Notes: a model not told the origin generated them from the letters alone. A DNA stretch of 64,000 nucleotides from Synechococcus sp. (GCA_047285305.1 JBJBDL010000003.1:224001-288000), one strand, 5' to 3'. Counted from the first letter of the stretch, positions 19,906 through 32,909 are shown. A program made the numbers and translations.

Positions 19906-21330
19906 ATGGCCCAGTTCGAGAAGCTCACCGCCCCCAGCAAGGGCACACCGATCCGCTTCGAGAACGGCCAGCCCGTGGTGGCCGAAAACCCGATCATCCC
20001 TTTCATCCGCGGCGATGGCACCGGCGTGGACATCTGGCCCGCCACCCAGAAGGTGCTGGATGCGGCTGTGGCCAAGGCCTACGGCGGCAACAAGAGCATC
20101 GAATGGTTCAAGGTTTACGCCGGCGATGAAGCCTGCGACCTCTACGGCACCTACCAATACCTGCCGGAAGACACCCTCGAGGCGATCCGCACCTACGGCG
20201 TGGCCATCAAAGGTCCCCTCACCACTCCTGTGGGTGGCGGCATCCGTTCGCTGAACGTGGCCCTGCGCCAGATCTTTGATCTGTATTCCTGCGTGCGTCC
20301 CTGCCGCTACTACGAGGGCACCCCAAGCCCTCACAAGCGTCCCCAGGATCTGGACGTGATCGTCTATCGGGAGAACACCGAAGACATCTACATGGGAGTT
20401 GAGTGGGAAGCCGATGACGCCGTCGGCCAGGAGCTGCGCAAGCACCTCAACGAGGTGGTGATCCCCGCCAACGGCAAGCTGGGCAAGCGCCAGATCCCCG
20501 AGGGATCCGGCATCGGCATCAAACCGGTGAGCAAAGCCGGCAGCCAACGCCACATCCGCAAGGCCATCCAGCACGCCCTGCGTCTTCAGGGCGACAAGCG
20601 CCACGTGACCCTGGTGCATAAGGGCAACATCATGAAGTTCACGGAAGGGGCCTTCCGCGACTGGGGCTATGAACTGGCCACCACCGAATTCCGCGACGTA
20701 TGCATCACCGAGCGGGAAAGCTGGATCCTCGGCAACCTGGAGAAGGATCCCAACCTGAGTGTGCAGGCTAATGCCCGCATGATCGAACCCGGCTACGACA
20801 GCCTCACTCCAGAAAAGAAAGCCGACATCGATGACGAGGTGCAGGCGGTAATCAACACCATCGGCAGCAGCCACGGTGGCGGCAAGTGGAAAGAGATGGT
20901 GCTGGTGGATGACCGCATCGCAGACAGCATTTTCCAGCAGATCCAAACCCGCCCCCAGGAGTATTCCATCCTCGCCACGTTGAACCTCAACGGCGATTAC
21001 ATCTCCGACGCCGCCGCCGCGATGGTGGGCGGTCTGGGCATGGCCCCCGGCGCCAACATCGGCGAGAACGCCGCCATCTTCGAAGCCACCCACGGCACCG
21101 CCCCGAAACACGCCGGCCTCGATCGCATCAACCCCGGTTCTGTGATCCTCAGCGGCGTGATGATGCTGGAATTCCTTGGCTGGCAGGAGGCCGCCGATCT
21201 GGTGACCAAGGGCCTCAGCGCCGCCATCGCCGACAAGCAGGTCACCTACGACCTAGCCCGACTGATGGAACCCCAGGTGGATCCGGTGAGCTGCAGCGGT
21301 TTCGCCGAAGCGATCATCCAGCGCTTCTGA
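19906..21330 (+). CDS. icd: NADP-dependent isocitrate dehydrogenase
   Basis: IRGDGTG, KGPLTTPVGGGIRSLNV, YRENTEDIY, HKGNIMKFTEG, NLNGDYISD, EATHGTAPK. Confidence 0.97.
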   Translation: MAQFEKLTAPSKGTPIRFENGQPVVAENPIIPFIRGDGTGVDIWPATQKVLDAAVAKAYGGNKSIEWFKVYAGDEACDLYGTYQYLPEDTLEAIRTYGVAIKGPLTTPVGGGIRSLNVALRQIFDLYSCVRPCRYYEGTPSPHKRPQDLDVIVYRENTEDIYMGVEWEADDAVGQELRKHLNEVVIPANGKLGKRQIPEGSGIGIKPVSKAGSQRHIRKAIQHALRLQGDKRHVTLVHKGNIMKFTEGAFRDWGYELATTEFRDVCITERESWILGNLEKDPNLSVQANARMIEPGYDSLTPEKKADIDDEVQAVINTIGSSHGGGKWKEMVLVDDRIADSIFQQIQTRPQEYSILATLNLNGDYISDAAAAMVGGLGMAPGANIGENAAIFEATHGTAPKHAGLDRINPGSVILSGVMMLEFLGWQEAADLVTKGLSAAIADKQVTYDLARLMEPQVDPVSCSGFAEAIIQRF

Positions 21331-21364
21331 TCACCAGAGCTGCCATTCACGCCAGACTTAGGCG

Positions 21365-22723
21365 ATGGCCTCTCCCACCCAGCTCCCCGGGCTTCCCGCC
21401 GGTGCCGCCGATCCCTGCGTGCACTGCGGCTTCTGCCTGCCGACCTGTGCCAGCTATCGCGTGCTGGCCAGCGAGATGGACTCTCCCCGCGGCCGCATCC
21501 ATGCGCTGCGGGCGATCGAGGCCGGGGAACTGGCGCTAGATGCCACGGTTGCAAGCCATTTCGACACCTGCCTGGGCTGTTACGCATGCGTTTCAGCTTG
21601 CCCATCGGGAGTCCGCTACGACCAGCTGATCGAGGCCACCAGGCCCCAGCTGAATCAGGCCAATCACCGCAGTAGCTGGCAGATCAGCTTCCGCAAGCTG
21701 CTGCTGCAGGTGCTGCCCTACCCCAAGCGCCTGCGAGCCCTGCTGCAACCCCTGCGGGGCTACGCCGGAACACCGCTGCAACAGCTGGCCCGCAGCTCCG
21801 GTCTCACCCGTCTGTTCGGCCCGGAGATCGAAGCCATGGAGCAACTGCTGCCGCCCCTGGTGCCGGAAAGCTTCAGCGACCCACTACCCCAGATCAATCC
21901 CGCTGCCAGCGAACGCCGCGGCCGTGTGGCGCTGTTGCTGGGCTGCGTGCAGCGCTGCTTCGATCCCAGCGTGAGCAACGCAACGGTGAAGGTGTTGCAG
22001 GCCAACGGTTTTGAGGTGGTGATTCCAGCAGACCAGGGCTGCTGCGGGGCAGTGAGCCATCACCAGGGGGAGCTGGAGCTCACCCGTCAACTGGCGAGGG
22101 ATTTGATCCGGAGCATGAATGCCGTTAAGGGAGATCTGGATGCGGTGCTGGTGGCCGCTTCAGGCTGCGGTCACACGATGAAGGCATACAGCGAGATCCT
22201 GAACGGCAACACTGCATTCAGGGCCCCGGTACTGGATGTGCAGGAATTCCTGGCGGACCGCGGCCTTTTGGAGTCATTCCGTGCCCAACTGCAACCACTC
22301 CCCGGCGTCGTGGCCATGCATGACGCCTGCCACATGATTCACGGCCAGGGAATCCAGGCCCAGCCCCGCCAACTGCTGCGGGCCATCCCCAACATTCAGC
22401 TGAGGGAAGCAACAGAGGCCGGGGTGTGCTGCGGCAGCGCCGGCATCTACAACCTGGTGCAGCCGGAGGAGGCAGCCGAACTGGGCCGGATCAAGGCCGA
22501 CGACCTCAGCGGCACCGGTGCTGAACTAGTGGCCAGCGCCAACATCGGCTGCACCCTGCAACTGCGGCGCCACCTGGGCGATCGGGCCCAGGTACAGCAC
22601 CCGATGGAACTACTGGCCGCCTCAGCCGGCCTCCATTCGCTGCCAAGCGTCCCGCAGCGTGCCGGCAACGCCGAGATTGCCGGGGAAGGTGAGAATCGGC
22701 AGTCCACTGCAGGGCCCCGCTGA
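21365..22723 (+). CDS. glcF: Glycolate oxidase iron-sulfur subunit
   Basis: Two CxxCxxCxxxC motifs and two CCG domains (GCCGA, CCGSAGIYN). Confidence 0.9.
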   Translation: MASPTQLPGLPAGAADPCVHCGFCLPTCASYRVLASEMDSPRGRIHALRAIEAGELALDATVASHFDTCLGCYACVSACPSGVRYDQLIEATRPQLNQANHRSSWQISFRKLLLQVLPYPKRLRALLQPLRGYAGTPLQQLARSSGLTRLFGPEIEAMEQLLPPLVPESFSDPLPQINPAASERRGRVALLLGCVQRCFDPSVSNATVKVLQANGFEVVIPADQGCCGAVSHHQGELELTRQLARDLIRSMNAVKGDLDAVLVAASGCGHTMKAYSEILNGNTAFRAPVLDVQEFLADRGLLESFRAQLQPLPGVVAMHDACHMIHGQGIQAQPRQLLRAIPNIQLREATEAGVCCGSAGIYNLVQPEEAAELGRIKADDLSGTGAELVASANIGCTLQLRRHLGDRAQVQHPMELLAASAGLHSLPSVPQRAGNAEIAGEGENRQSTAGPR

Positions 22724-23968
22724 CGGACGCACCAGCGACAGACCCGGCAGCAGCTGCCCTTCCAGCTGCACCGACTCAAGGGCCAGACCCCGGGCAAGCA
22801 GCGTCTGAGTGGTGATGCCGCCTTTGCTGATCAGGTAGCCCAAATCAGGAGCGAGAGCTGCCGCAAGGCGACCCATCAACTCCGCCAGAGCGCAGGACAA
22901 GCGCCGGCCCTCATTCGCTGAGGCGCAACGCAGCTCACCGCGGCTGGTGAACAGTACGGGCGTCAGACCTTGATCAAGCAGCTCCCGCAGCTGCTGCAAC
23001 CAGACCCGCTCCAGATCCGCCAGCAACAGGTCGGGTGTCGGCCCCTCCATCATCCGAGCGATACGCGGCACCGGCAGTTCAACCCCTTGGCAACCCGATT
23101 CCTGCAGCAAGAGCTCCAGCTGCTGATCCGCCACGGGCACGTGAGAGCCCACCATTACCAGTCCAGGCAGAGACATTCCATCGGCAGCCAATAGTCGCAA
23201 CCCCGCTAATCCCTTGGGATCAAGCGGCGGCGGGCCTGGATCCGCCAGAGCCTTCACCATGCTGGCGGCGGAACGGAACAGAAAGCGTTTCTGTCCCTGC
23301 AGGGCGCGCACCGCTGCGGCCAGAACGGTGAGCTGCTCCTGGCGCTCGGCATCCACCACCACAGAGGCATTGCCCTTGAGCCCACGTAGACGCTCGATCA
23401 ACAACGGCAGGCCTGCTGAGCAGGCGGCATCAAGCTCCCGGCCACTGATGCGCTGCACTGACGTCGCGGCAATGGACCCATCACTTTTCTCCTCCAACCA
23501 GCAGGCCAGATCACTGCTGCTGAAGCCAAACAGCCGGTCCTGGGCAAAAGGTGTTGTGTGCACAGGCTCGCCATGGAGAAGGTGCACCCCGTTCACGGTG
23601 GTGCGCCCTCCTTCCAGGAATGCCGGCACGTGAAAGGTGGCATCAAAGGGACCGAAGGCTGCCTGCAGGGCCTCAGGCTCCAGCACCCCATGGCCGCGCA
23701 GGGTGGAGTCGCCCCGGCTCACCAGCAGCACCTGATCGCGAGCCAATCCCTCCCGCTGCAGGGCTTGATCCAAAGCCACCGCAATACCGCGGTTGCGTTC
23801 CGCAGCATCCGTTGGCATCAGCGCCCGGGTGTCGGCCAGCAGAAACAACAGCGGCGAAGCATGGCGCAGCCCCCGGCGCAGGGTGTTGACATCCCAGCGC
23901 AGCAGCAGCGGGCAGCTGTGCACCGTCTGCGAGCCGGTGGGATCGTCGTCAATGACCACAACCTTCAT
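22622..23968 (-). CDS. Four-carbon acid sugar kinase family protein (DUF1537)
   Basis: IDDDPTG, SRGDSTLRGH, PAFLEGGR, KGGIT, FPGNLG. Start placed at ATG 23968. Confidence 0.85.
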   Translation of the reverse strand: MKVVVIDDDPTGSQTVHSCPLLLRWDVNTLRRGLRHASPLLFLLADTRALMPTDAAERNRGIAVALDQALQREGLARDQVLLVSRGDSTLRGHGVLEPEALQAAFGPFDATFHVPAFLEGGRTTVNGVHLLHGEPVHTTPFAQDRLFGFSSSDLACWLEEKSDGSIAATSVQRISGRELDAACSAGLPLLIERLRGLKGNASVVVDAERQEQLTVLAAAVRALQGQKRFLFRSAASMVKALADPGPPPLDPKGLAGLRLLAADGMSLPGLVMVGSHVPVADQQLELLLQESGCQGVELPVPRIARMMEGPTPDLLLADLERVWLQQLRELLDQGLTPVLFTSRGELRCASANEGRRLSCALAELMGRLAAALAPDLGYLISKGGITTQTLLARGLALESVQLEGQLLPGLSLVRPSAGPCSGLPILTFPGNLGVAGTLRDAWQRMEAG

Positions 23969-23982
23969 GGCACCATCGTGCC

Positions 23983-25134
23983 GTGAGCCATTCCCCCGCC
24001 AGCCGCAGTGCTCTGATTGATCTGGTGCGCCAATGGCACCAGAGCGGCACCCTCTGGAGTCCCAGTGGCCTGGGCACACGCCTTGACTGGGGTCCGCCGC
24101 TGGATCCCCACCATGAGGTGCTCTCCTGCCGGCAGCTCAACCGGGTAATCGACCATGCCGTAGACGATCTAACCATCACGGTGGAAGCCGGCCTGCCATT
24201 ACAGGACCTGCAGGATCTGCTGGCGGAGCAGGGGCAATGGCTGCCCATTGACTGGCCCCGAGCTGGCACTCCCGGAAGCATCGGCGGCCTGGTGGCCCGA
24301 GGACTGGCAGGGGGACTGCGGCAACGCCATCTGGGGGTGCGCGATCAAATCATTGGCATCGGCCTGTTGCGAGCGGATGGCGTCGAAGCCCATGCCGGTG
24401 GACGGGTGGTGAAGAACGTGGCCGGCTATGACCTGATGCGGCTGCTCTGCGGCAGCTGGGGCAGCCTGGCGCTGATCACCGAAGTCACCCTGCGGCTGCA
24501 ACCGCTGCGCCCCGCACGGAGCGGCCTGCTCCTGGAGGGCGACCTGAAGGCCCAGGAGGCATTTCGCAGCGAACTACTGCGCTCCAGCCTGACTCCGGAA
24601 CGCTATGACTGGATCAACAGCGGCGATGGTGCCTGGCGGCTGAGGCTGGTAGTGAGTAGCGTCTCGGAGCAGGCGGTGGAAGATCAGCTAAAGCAGCTCG
24701 AAGCGTTGGCGCTAAACCAACAGCTCAGCGCCGAACGCCAGCCTTGTTCCGATGCCCTGACCACACCCTTCGATGCCAGCCCCTCTGCGCAGCTGGTGCG
24801 GCTGGTGCTGCCGCCGGCCCAGTTGCACCGGTTGTTGCGGGATAAGGCGATGAGGGCTCTCAAGCCGTGGACTTGGGAACTTGCCGCGGGAGCCGGCTGC
24901 GGTGATGGCTGGTGCGACGCGGCGACAGCGGATCACCAGCTGGAGGCGCTGCGCCGCAGCGTGATCCGCCTCGGCGGCGAAATGACTCTGTTGAAACGCG
25001 CGGCCGGGTCAAAGGTGCCGGTCTGGCTTGACCGTCCTTCCCGACCGCTGATCGAAGCGGTGAAACGCCAGTTCGACTCCAAGCTGCAGCTCAGCCGCGG
25101 CCGTCTGCCGGGGGTCGATCAGGAGACGCTGTAG
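23983..25134 (+). CDS. glcE: Glycolate oxidase FAD-binding subunit
   Basis: TITVEAG, AGGRVVKNVAGYDL, GSWGSLALITEVTLRL. Confidence 0.88.
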   Translation: MSHSPASRSALIDLVRQWHQSGTLWSPSGLGTRLDWGPPLDPHHEVLSCRQLNRVIDHAVDDLTITVEAGLPLQDLQDLLAEQGQWLPIDWPRAGTPGSIGGLVARGLAGGLRQRHLGVRDQIIGIGLLRADGVEAHAGGRVVKNVAGYDLMRLLCGSWGSLALITEVTLRLQPLRPARSGLLLEGDLKAQEAFRSELLRSSLTPERYDWINSGDGAWRLRLVVSSVSEQAVEDQLKQLEALALNQQLSAERQPCSDALTTPFDASPSAQLVRLVLPPAQLHRLLRDKAMRALKPWTWELAAGAGCGDGWCDAATADHQLEALRRSVIRLGGEMTLLKRAAGSKVPVWLDRPSRPLIEAVKRQFDSKLQLSRGRLPGVDQETL

Positions 25135-25973
25135 CGACAGGCGAGGGTCTGCTTCATGCCTGGCTCGAGCACCAGTTTTCGATCACCACTCACCAGGGCC
25201 TGCCGTGGACCGGTCCAGGGTTCCAGACAAACCATCGGGCGCGGGGGCTCGGTCCAGACCACGCTGAGATCCAGCGGTGCCTGATGCTGCAGTTCCAGCG
25301 TCAAGCCGGTGGCCTCGTCGATAAGGCTGACCGGACCCCCAGGCCGGCAGAGGAAATCCACCCCTTCAGGCAACCGCTTGAGCTGATCGGCGGTAGCGGC
25401 CTCCGCCATCTCCAGATGGTTGAGGCAGCGCTCCGCCAGACCAGTGAGCCGGGTCTGAGCCAGATCGCTCACGTTGAAGTAGGGGTGCAAGCCAAAACTG
25501 AACGGCATGGCGGCATCACCGCAGTTGTGAACCGTGGTGGAGATCTCCAACGCAGAGGCCACCGGGCGCAGCTCCATTTCCAAACGGAAGGGGAAGGGAT
25601 AGGCCTTCAGCGTTTCGTCGGTGCTGGAGAGGCTGAGGCAAACACCTTTCTGATCCTCGAGCAACTGAAGCTGCCAGGGGAGATCCCGGGCGAAGCCGTG
25701 CTGCTTGAGGGGATAGTCGACGCCATCCACAGGCAGCACATCTCCGGGCAGGTTTCCGCAAATCGGAAACAACACTGGAATACCGCCTCGAATGCTTTTG
25801 CTGGGATCGGCGTAACGCTCCTGATCGAAATACAGGATCTCCCGCCCCCCGTACACCCAACCACTCACCAAACCACCCCGCTCGGGAATGATTCGCAACC
25901 GATCACCGCTGCTGGGATGCACGAAGTCCCAGTGGGCATAAGGGGCCGACTGCTGGGTGAGGGTCATGGGCAT
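25119..25973 (-). CDS. galM: Aldose 1-epimerase / galactose mutarotase
   Basis: RGGIPVLFP, HGFAR, GLHPYF, VCLEPW. Confidence 0.85.
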   Translation of the reverse strand: MPMTLTQQSAPYAHWDFVHPSSGDRLRIIPERGGLVSGWVYGGREILYFDQERYADPSKSIRGGIPVLFPICGNLPGDVLPVDGVDYPLKQHGFARDLPWQLQLLEDQKGVCLSLSSTDETLKAYPFPFRLEMELRPVASALEISTTVHNCGDAAMPFSFGLHPYFNVSDLAQTRLTGLAERCLNHLEMAEAATADQLKRLPEGVDFLCRPGGPVSLIDEATGLTLELQHQAPLDLSVVWTEPPRPMVCLEPWTGPRQALVSGDRKLVLEPGMKQTLACRYSVS

Positions 25974-25999
25974 CCGCCGATGGGGGGTGGCTCATTCAT

Positions 26000-26911
26000 T
26001 CACTTAGCCAGCAGATCCATATTTGTCGGTGCCGCACCCGACTTGAGGCCCTCCAGCCATTGCAGCAACGCCACATTCACCTGATCCGGCACCTCATCGT
26101 GGGGGCAGTGCCCGGCCTCCAGAACCACCTCAGTCGTGGCCTCCGGAGCATGGCGCTGGAAGGTGGAGCGGCGACCGGGGGCGTTGATCCAAGGATCACG
26201 GATACCCCAGAGCAGCAACAGCGGCGCCGTCAGTTCCGAGAAAAGCTCATCGAGGGGCTGACCGCGGGGGATATCGAAGACCGTACGGAACACCCCGAAG
26301 GCGCCGGGATCGAGGGAGGGGCGCCGGATCGACTCCACCAGCCAATCGTCAACGTTGGTCTTGTCGACGTACACCTGATTGAGGGTGCGGCGGATCGTGG
26401 CGGGTCGGCGCAGGTTCTCGAACAGCAACCGCTGCAGCACAGGACTCTTCAGCAGGGCCGTGCCGATGCTCTGGCGGGCGATGGCGCCCCAGCCTTGCGG
26501 CGGTTTCTGCTCATCACTGAAGGGACCGGCAGCATTGAGCAGCACGACTCCCGCACAGTCCGATCCCAACGCGGCCCCTGCAGCAAGGGCCGCAAAACCA
26601 CCGAGGGAATTGCCGGCTATCACCGTCGGACGGCCGATCTGCTCGCGCACATAGGCCACCAGTTGATCGCGCCACAGGGCACCCCCGTAATTCAGACCCG
26701 CCGGCTTGGCACTTCTGCCGAAGCCCAGAAGATCAATCGCATGCACGGCATGGGTCTGGGCCAACACGGGAATGTTGTGGCGCCAGTGATCGGTGGATGC
26801 CCCGAACCCATGCACCAACAGAAGCGCCGGATGATCGGTGCTGTCCTGCTCGGGATGCTGCTGCACCGTGTGCACGGCGTGGCCGAGATGGCTCCAGGTG
26901 ACGCGATCCAC
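26000..26911 (-). CDS. Alpha/beta fold hydrolase
   Basis: LLVHGFGAS, DLLGFGRS, GNSLG nucleophile elbow, WGIRDPW, AGHCPHDE. Start placed at GTG 26911. Confidence 0.88.
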   Translation of the reverse strand: MDRVTWSHLGHAVHTVQQHPEQDSTDHPALLLVHGFGASTDHWRHNIPVLAQTHAVHAIDLLGFGRSAKPAGLNYGGALWRDQLVAYVREQIGRPTVIAGNSLGGFAALAAGAALGSDCAGVVLLNAAGPFSDEQKPPQGWGAIARQSIGTALLKSPVLQRLLFENLRRPATIRRTLNQVYVDKTNVDDWLVESIRRPSLDPGAFGVFRTVFDIPRGQPLDELFSELTAPLLLLWGIRDPWINAPGRRSTFQRHAPEATTEVVLEAGHCPHDEVPDQVNVALLQWLEGLKSGAAPTNMDLLAK

Positions 26912-26958
26912 AGCCGGCTGCGAGGGACGCGATGCTAAGCAGCACTGAAGCGGCCTGG

Positions 26959-27282
26959 ATGGTGAGCTACGAGGTGATGGGCGGACCGCTGGCGGACGCA
27001 TCCGTCTGGCGCGGAGCTTTGCTGTGGGCCATCGCCCTTTACGTGCCGCTGAGCGCACCGCTCAGCACGTTGGAATCAAGCCTGGAGGAGAGTGACCTGC
27101 CCGAATCGGTGATTCAACCGGTGCTGGTGATCAGCAGCCTGCTTCTGGCCCTAATCACGGGCGTTGTCACCCAGCTCGGCTTCAGTTGGGTCCTGGGTCC
27201 GAGCTGGGCCTCCAGCCTTGGTGTTGTGGCCGTGGGCTGGAGTGTTCTGATCGTCCTCGCCAATGCCGGGAAAGACGACTGA
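26959..27282 (+). CDS. Small conserved membrane protein
   Basis: Three hydrophobic segments; fills the gap between flanking genes. Confidence 0.6.
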   Translation: MVSYEVMGGPLADASVWRGALLWAIALYVPLSAPLSTLESSLEESDLPESVIQPVLVISSLLLALITGVVTQLGFSWVLGPSWASSLGVVAVGWSVLIVLANAGKDD

Positions 27283-27283
27283 T

Positions 27284-28672
27284 TCAAGAGGCACCCGCCA
27301 GGGGATCTGCAGCGAATTCGTCGGGAACCTGATTGCCATCCTCAGGGGGCTTGTCTTTGAGGACGATGCGCAACAGCACCGGCGCCAGGAACGTGGTGCC
27401 TATCACCATCAGCAGAATCGCCGCCTCAAGGCCAGGGCTGAGCAGCCCTGAAGCGGTGCCCAGGCCCAGGAAGATCAGGCCAACTTCGCCGCGGGGCATC
27501 ATTCCCAGCCCCACCACCAGGTTGTTGGTCTTTTCCTTGCCGAAGATGGCCCAGCCGGCAGCCACCTTGCCGATGATCGCCACCACGAACAGGAAGGATG
27601 CCACCACCAGGGCGGAACGGGCCCCCGGATCAGAGGGGTTGATCACTGAGAGGTCCATTCCTGCACCCACAAGGACGAAGAAAACGGTGGCGAACAACCC
27701 AACGATGGGGGTGACTGCCGCCTGAATCTCGTGGCGATGCTTGGAGGTGCTGGCGATCAAACCAGCGGCGAAGGCACCGAGTGCAGCCTCCAGACCAATC
27801 GCAGAGGCCACGAAGCAGCTCACAGCGAGCAGCAAGTAAGAACCAATGAGTTTGTCGCCAGGGGCCTTGAGCTGATCAATCACCCAGTCGAAAGCAGGGG
27901 CAGCCTTCTGGCTCAACAACAAGGCCACCACCACAAACAGAACGGCCGCCACCACCAGCTGAACGATGGGCCCGATCTCCAGAGTTCCGCCGGCCGCCAA
28001 GGACACCACGATGGCCAGGATGACGATGCCGAGGATGTCGTCGAGCACGGCAGCACCAATCACGATCTGGCCCTCCCGGGTGCGCAGATAGCCCAGCTCC
28101 CCGAAGACACTGGCTGTGATGCCGATGCTGGTCGCCGTCATCGAAGCGCCAGCAAAGATGGCCGGGATGGCATCCACGTGGAAGATCGCCATCAGTCCAA
28201 GGGTGCCGAGGGCGAAGGGCAGCACCACACCGACCACGGCGACGCTGAAGGCCTGAGCGCCCACGGCCATCAGTTCCTCTAGCTCACTTTCAAGACCCGT
28301 GAGGAAGAGCAAGGAGTAAAGCCCCAGCGTGGCCACGGCCTGAAGGGCGCCGAAACTCTCGTTGTAAAGGACTGGAATTTCCTCCACCGGCACATGCGAA
28401 AGGCCTGACACCACCTCGGAGAAGACCCCGGAAAGCTGCACCTGGGTCTCTGGCGGCACCAGAAGATGCAGGCCCGAGGCACCAATCAGCACGCCAGCAA
28501 GAAGTTCCCCGAGGATCGTGGGCAATTCGAAACGCACCAGCACCTCGGCGAGGGTGCGAGCCGCCACGAAAATCAGCATGAAGCGAAGGACGCCGATCAG
28601 CGTTTCCGCTAATTCGAGGTCGTGACTGCTGATTTCGCTCAGCAGGGAGGGCAGCAGCATCAAGCCTGGCAT
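27284..28672 (-). CDS. Na+/H+ antiporter (CPA2 family, NhaS-like)
   Basis: GELLAGVLIG, ATSIGIT, AAVLDD, GMMPRGEVGL; multiple transmembrane helices. Confidence 0.9.
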   Translation of the reverse strand: MPGLMLLPSLLSEISSHDLELAETLIGVLRFMLIFVAARTLAEVLVRFELPTILGELLAGVLIGASGLHLLVPPETQVQLSGVFSEVVSGLSHVPVEEIPVLYNESFGALQAVATLGLYSLLFLTGLESELEELMAVGAQAFSVAVVGVVLPFALGTLGLMAIFHVDAIPAIFAGASMTATSIGITASVFGELGYLRTREGQIVIGAAVLDDILGIVILAIVVSLAAGGTLEIGPIVQLVVAAVLFVVVALLLSQKAAPAFDWVIDQLKAPGDKLIGSYLLLAVSCFVASAIGLEAALGAFAAGLIASTSKHRHEIQAAVTPIVGLFATVFFVLVGAGMDLSVINPSDPGARSALVVASFLFVVAIIGKVAAGWAIFGKEKTNNLVVGLGMMPRGEVGLIFLGLGTASGLLSPGLEAAILLMVIGTTFLAPVLLRIVLKDKPPEDGNQVPDEFAADPLAGAS

Positions 28673-28871
28673 GTCTCACGCCGAACCTTAATGGTGATTC
28701 CGCCGCTGAACTGTTCGCTGGATGATCCCAATTGACCGGGAATGCTGTATTAAGCGCTTTTTTTCAGGCAGCCCAAGTTGTGATGGCTACGGTCCGGTTA
28801 ATTCATTGAGTTGGGCTCCGAGCACCCCTGGCCTGACGGTGATTCCACGCTCCATGGCTCGCTGAACCCCC

Positions 28872-31394
<2,523 letters not shown>

Positions 31395-31404
31395 AAACAG
31401 CCAC

Positions 31405-31434
31405 AAAAAAAGCCCTGGATCCTGTCCAGGGCTT
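31405..31434. terminator. Intrinsic terminator between convergent genes
   Basis: Hairpin AAGCCCTGGA-tcctg-TCCAGGGCTT preceded by A7 (U-tract on the minus strand). Confidence 0.75.
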
Positions 31435-31453
31435 AGAACCAAGATGCAGTGCT

Positions 31454-31921
31454 TCAGCTCCGATCGGGCAGATCAGGCGTTTGATGCAACAGGCGATTCA
31501 GCCGCAGACGGTCCACATTCAAAGGGTCAGGAGCTAGCTCACCGGCCAATTCGCGGAACTTCTGCTCGATTTCGTCTGGGACGCGCACATCGAAGACCCT
31601 CTCCATCAACGCCTCGATCGAGAACAGATGGGCGTTGATGTTCTCCAGATCGGCAATGGCCTGCTGAATGGCATCTCCTGATTCCTCCGGCACAGGCGCA
31701 CCAGCAGTTGCGGGCTTTAAAGCGCCTGTATCGGCAGTTTGGCGGGCCCCATGCTGTTTCTGCAGATCCTCGAGCACCCGACCGGACAAGGTGCGGAATG
31801 ACTGGAGTGCAGCCCAGTTCAACTCTTGTTGCTGACGAAGCGTGGGGGACTCCCGGATCAGCCGGTCATGCTCCCGGTAAAACCGTTGGCAATCCGGGCA
31901 CTGGCAGGGCTCTTCCGGCAA
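31454..31921 (-). CDS. Conserved hypothetical protein with N-terminal CxCxxC
   Basis: PCQCPDCQRFY and coiled-coil-like body; core codon usage. Confidence 0.7.
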   Translation of the reverse strand: MPEEPCQCPDCQRFYREHDRLIRESPTLRQQQELNWAALQSFRTLSGRVLEDLQKQHGARQTADTGALKPATAGAPVPEESGDAIQQAIADLENINAHLFSIEALMERVFDVRVPDEIEQKFRELAGELAPDPLNVDRLRLNRLLHQTPDLPDRS

Positions 31922-31958
31922 TGCAGTCCCTCGCGGTCAATCCCCACTATGCCACCGA

Positions 31959-32285
31959 TCAAGCCGCCTGAGGTCCCAGATCCTCCTCGGCCTGAGGGCC
32001 ATCCTCGCTAGCGGTGTCGGGCAGAGGGATCTCAATGGACGACACCACACCGATCACATCCCGCAGCCGCATCGAATCGGCGAACCAGCCCATGGCCTGT
32101 TCCGTGTCGCCGCGACGTTCCGCGTCACTTGCCTGGTCTTCGTGGGCTTCGGCCAGGAGAGCCAGCCAACACAGGCAACGGGCCTGCACCACGGATAAGT
32201 CGAGATCTGTGGGCTGGGATTCAGCAATCCGCTCACTTTCCTGCTGCACCAACAGCCGCAGACGGAGATCGTGAAGCTGGGTCAT
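31959..32285 (-). CDS. Conserved hypothetical protein
   Basis: MTQLHDLRLRLLVQQE... ORF; start placed at ATG 32285. Confidence 0.65.
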   Translation of the reverse strand: MTQLHDLRLRLLVQQESERIAESQPTDLDLSVVQARCLCWLALLAEAHEDQASDAERRGDTEQAMGWFADSMRLRDVIGVVSSIEIPLPDTASEDGPQAEEDLGPQAA

Positions 32286-32378
32286 GGCACCCAAACCCGG
32301 TTGCACTAACCCTAGCGGTGGTGAACGATCTGCACACCCCACCAGATGTAGCGCTCACTACCTCTTGAGCAATTCTCA

Positions 32379-32452
<74 letters not shown>

Positions 32453-32490
32453 AGACCTCTGAATTATGCCCACGAGGCATGATGAGAACT

Positions 32491-32879
32491 GAAAGCAGGC
32501 GAGGTGGTTGCGGCCGATCTCTTTGAGTGTCGGCTGAGGAAAGTCCGGGCTCCCTGATGGCCAAGCTTGCTGGGTAACGCCCAGTGCGGGTGACCGTGAG
32601 GAGAGTGCCACAGAAACACACCGCCGATGGCCGGTTCGCCGGCACAGGCAAGGGTGCAAAGGTGCGGTAAGAGCGCACCAGCAGCATCGAGAGGTGCTGG
32701 CTCGGTAAACCCCGGCTGGGAGCAAGGCCAAGGAACGACGGCTGGCCATTGGCCCCGTTCCGTTTAAACGCGCCGCTTGAGTCCGTCGGTAACGGCGGTC
32801 CCAGATAGATAGCCACCCACCCTCTGCAGACCAACCTCTGTGGAGGTGTGAACAGAACCCGGCTTATGTCCTGCTTTCC
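32491..32879 (+). ncRNA. rnpB: RNase P RNA, type A
   Basis: Conserved GAGGAAAGTCCGGGC, AGTGCCACAGAAA, GGTAAACCCC and AACAGAACCCGGCTTA; terminal GAAAGCAGG/CCTGCTTTC helix. Confidence 0.97.
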
Positions 32880-32909
32880 CCCCTTATTCAGCTTTGCTCA
32901 GGAATCCTT

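Noticed and set aside
19870..21111. 413-aa ORF antisense to icd
   Set aside because: Shadow of a highly biased gene.
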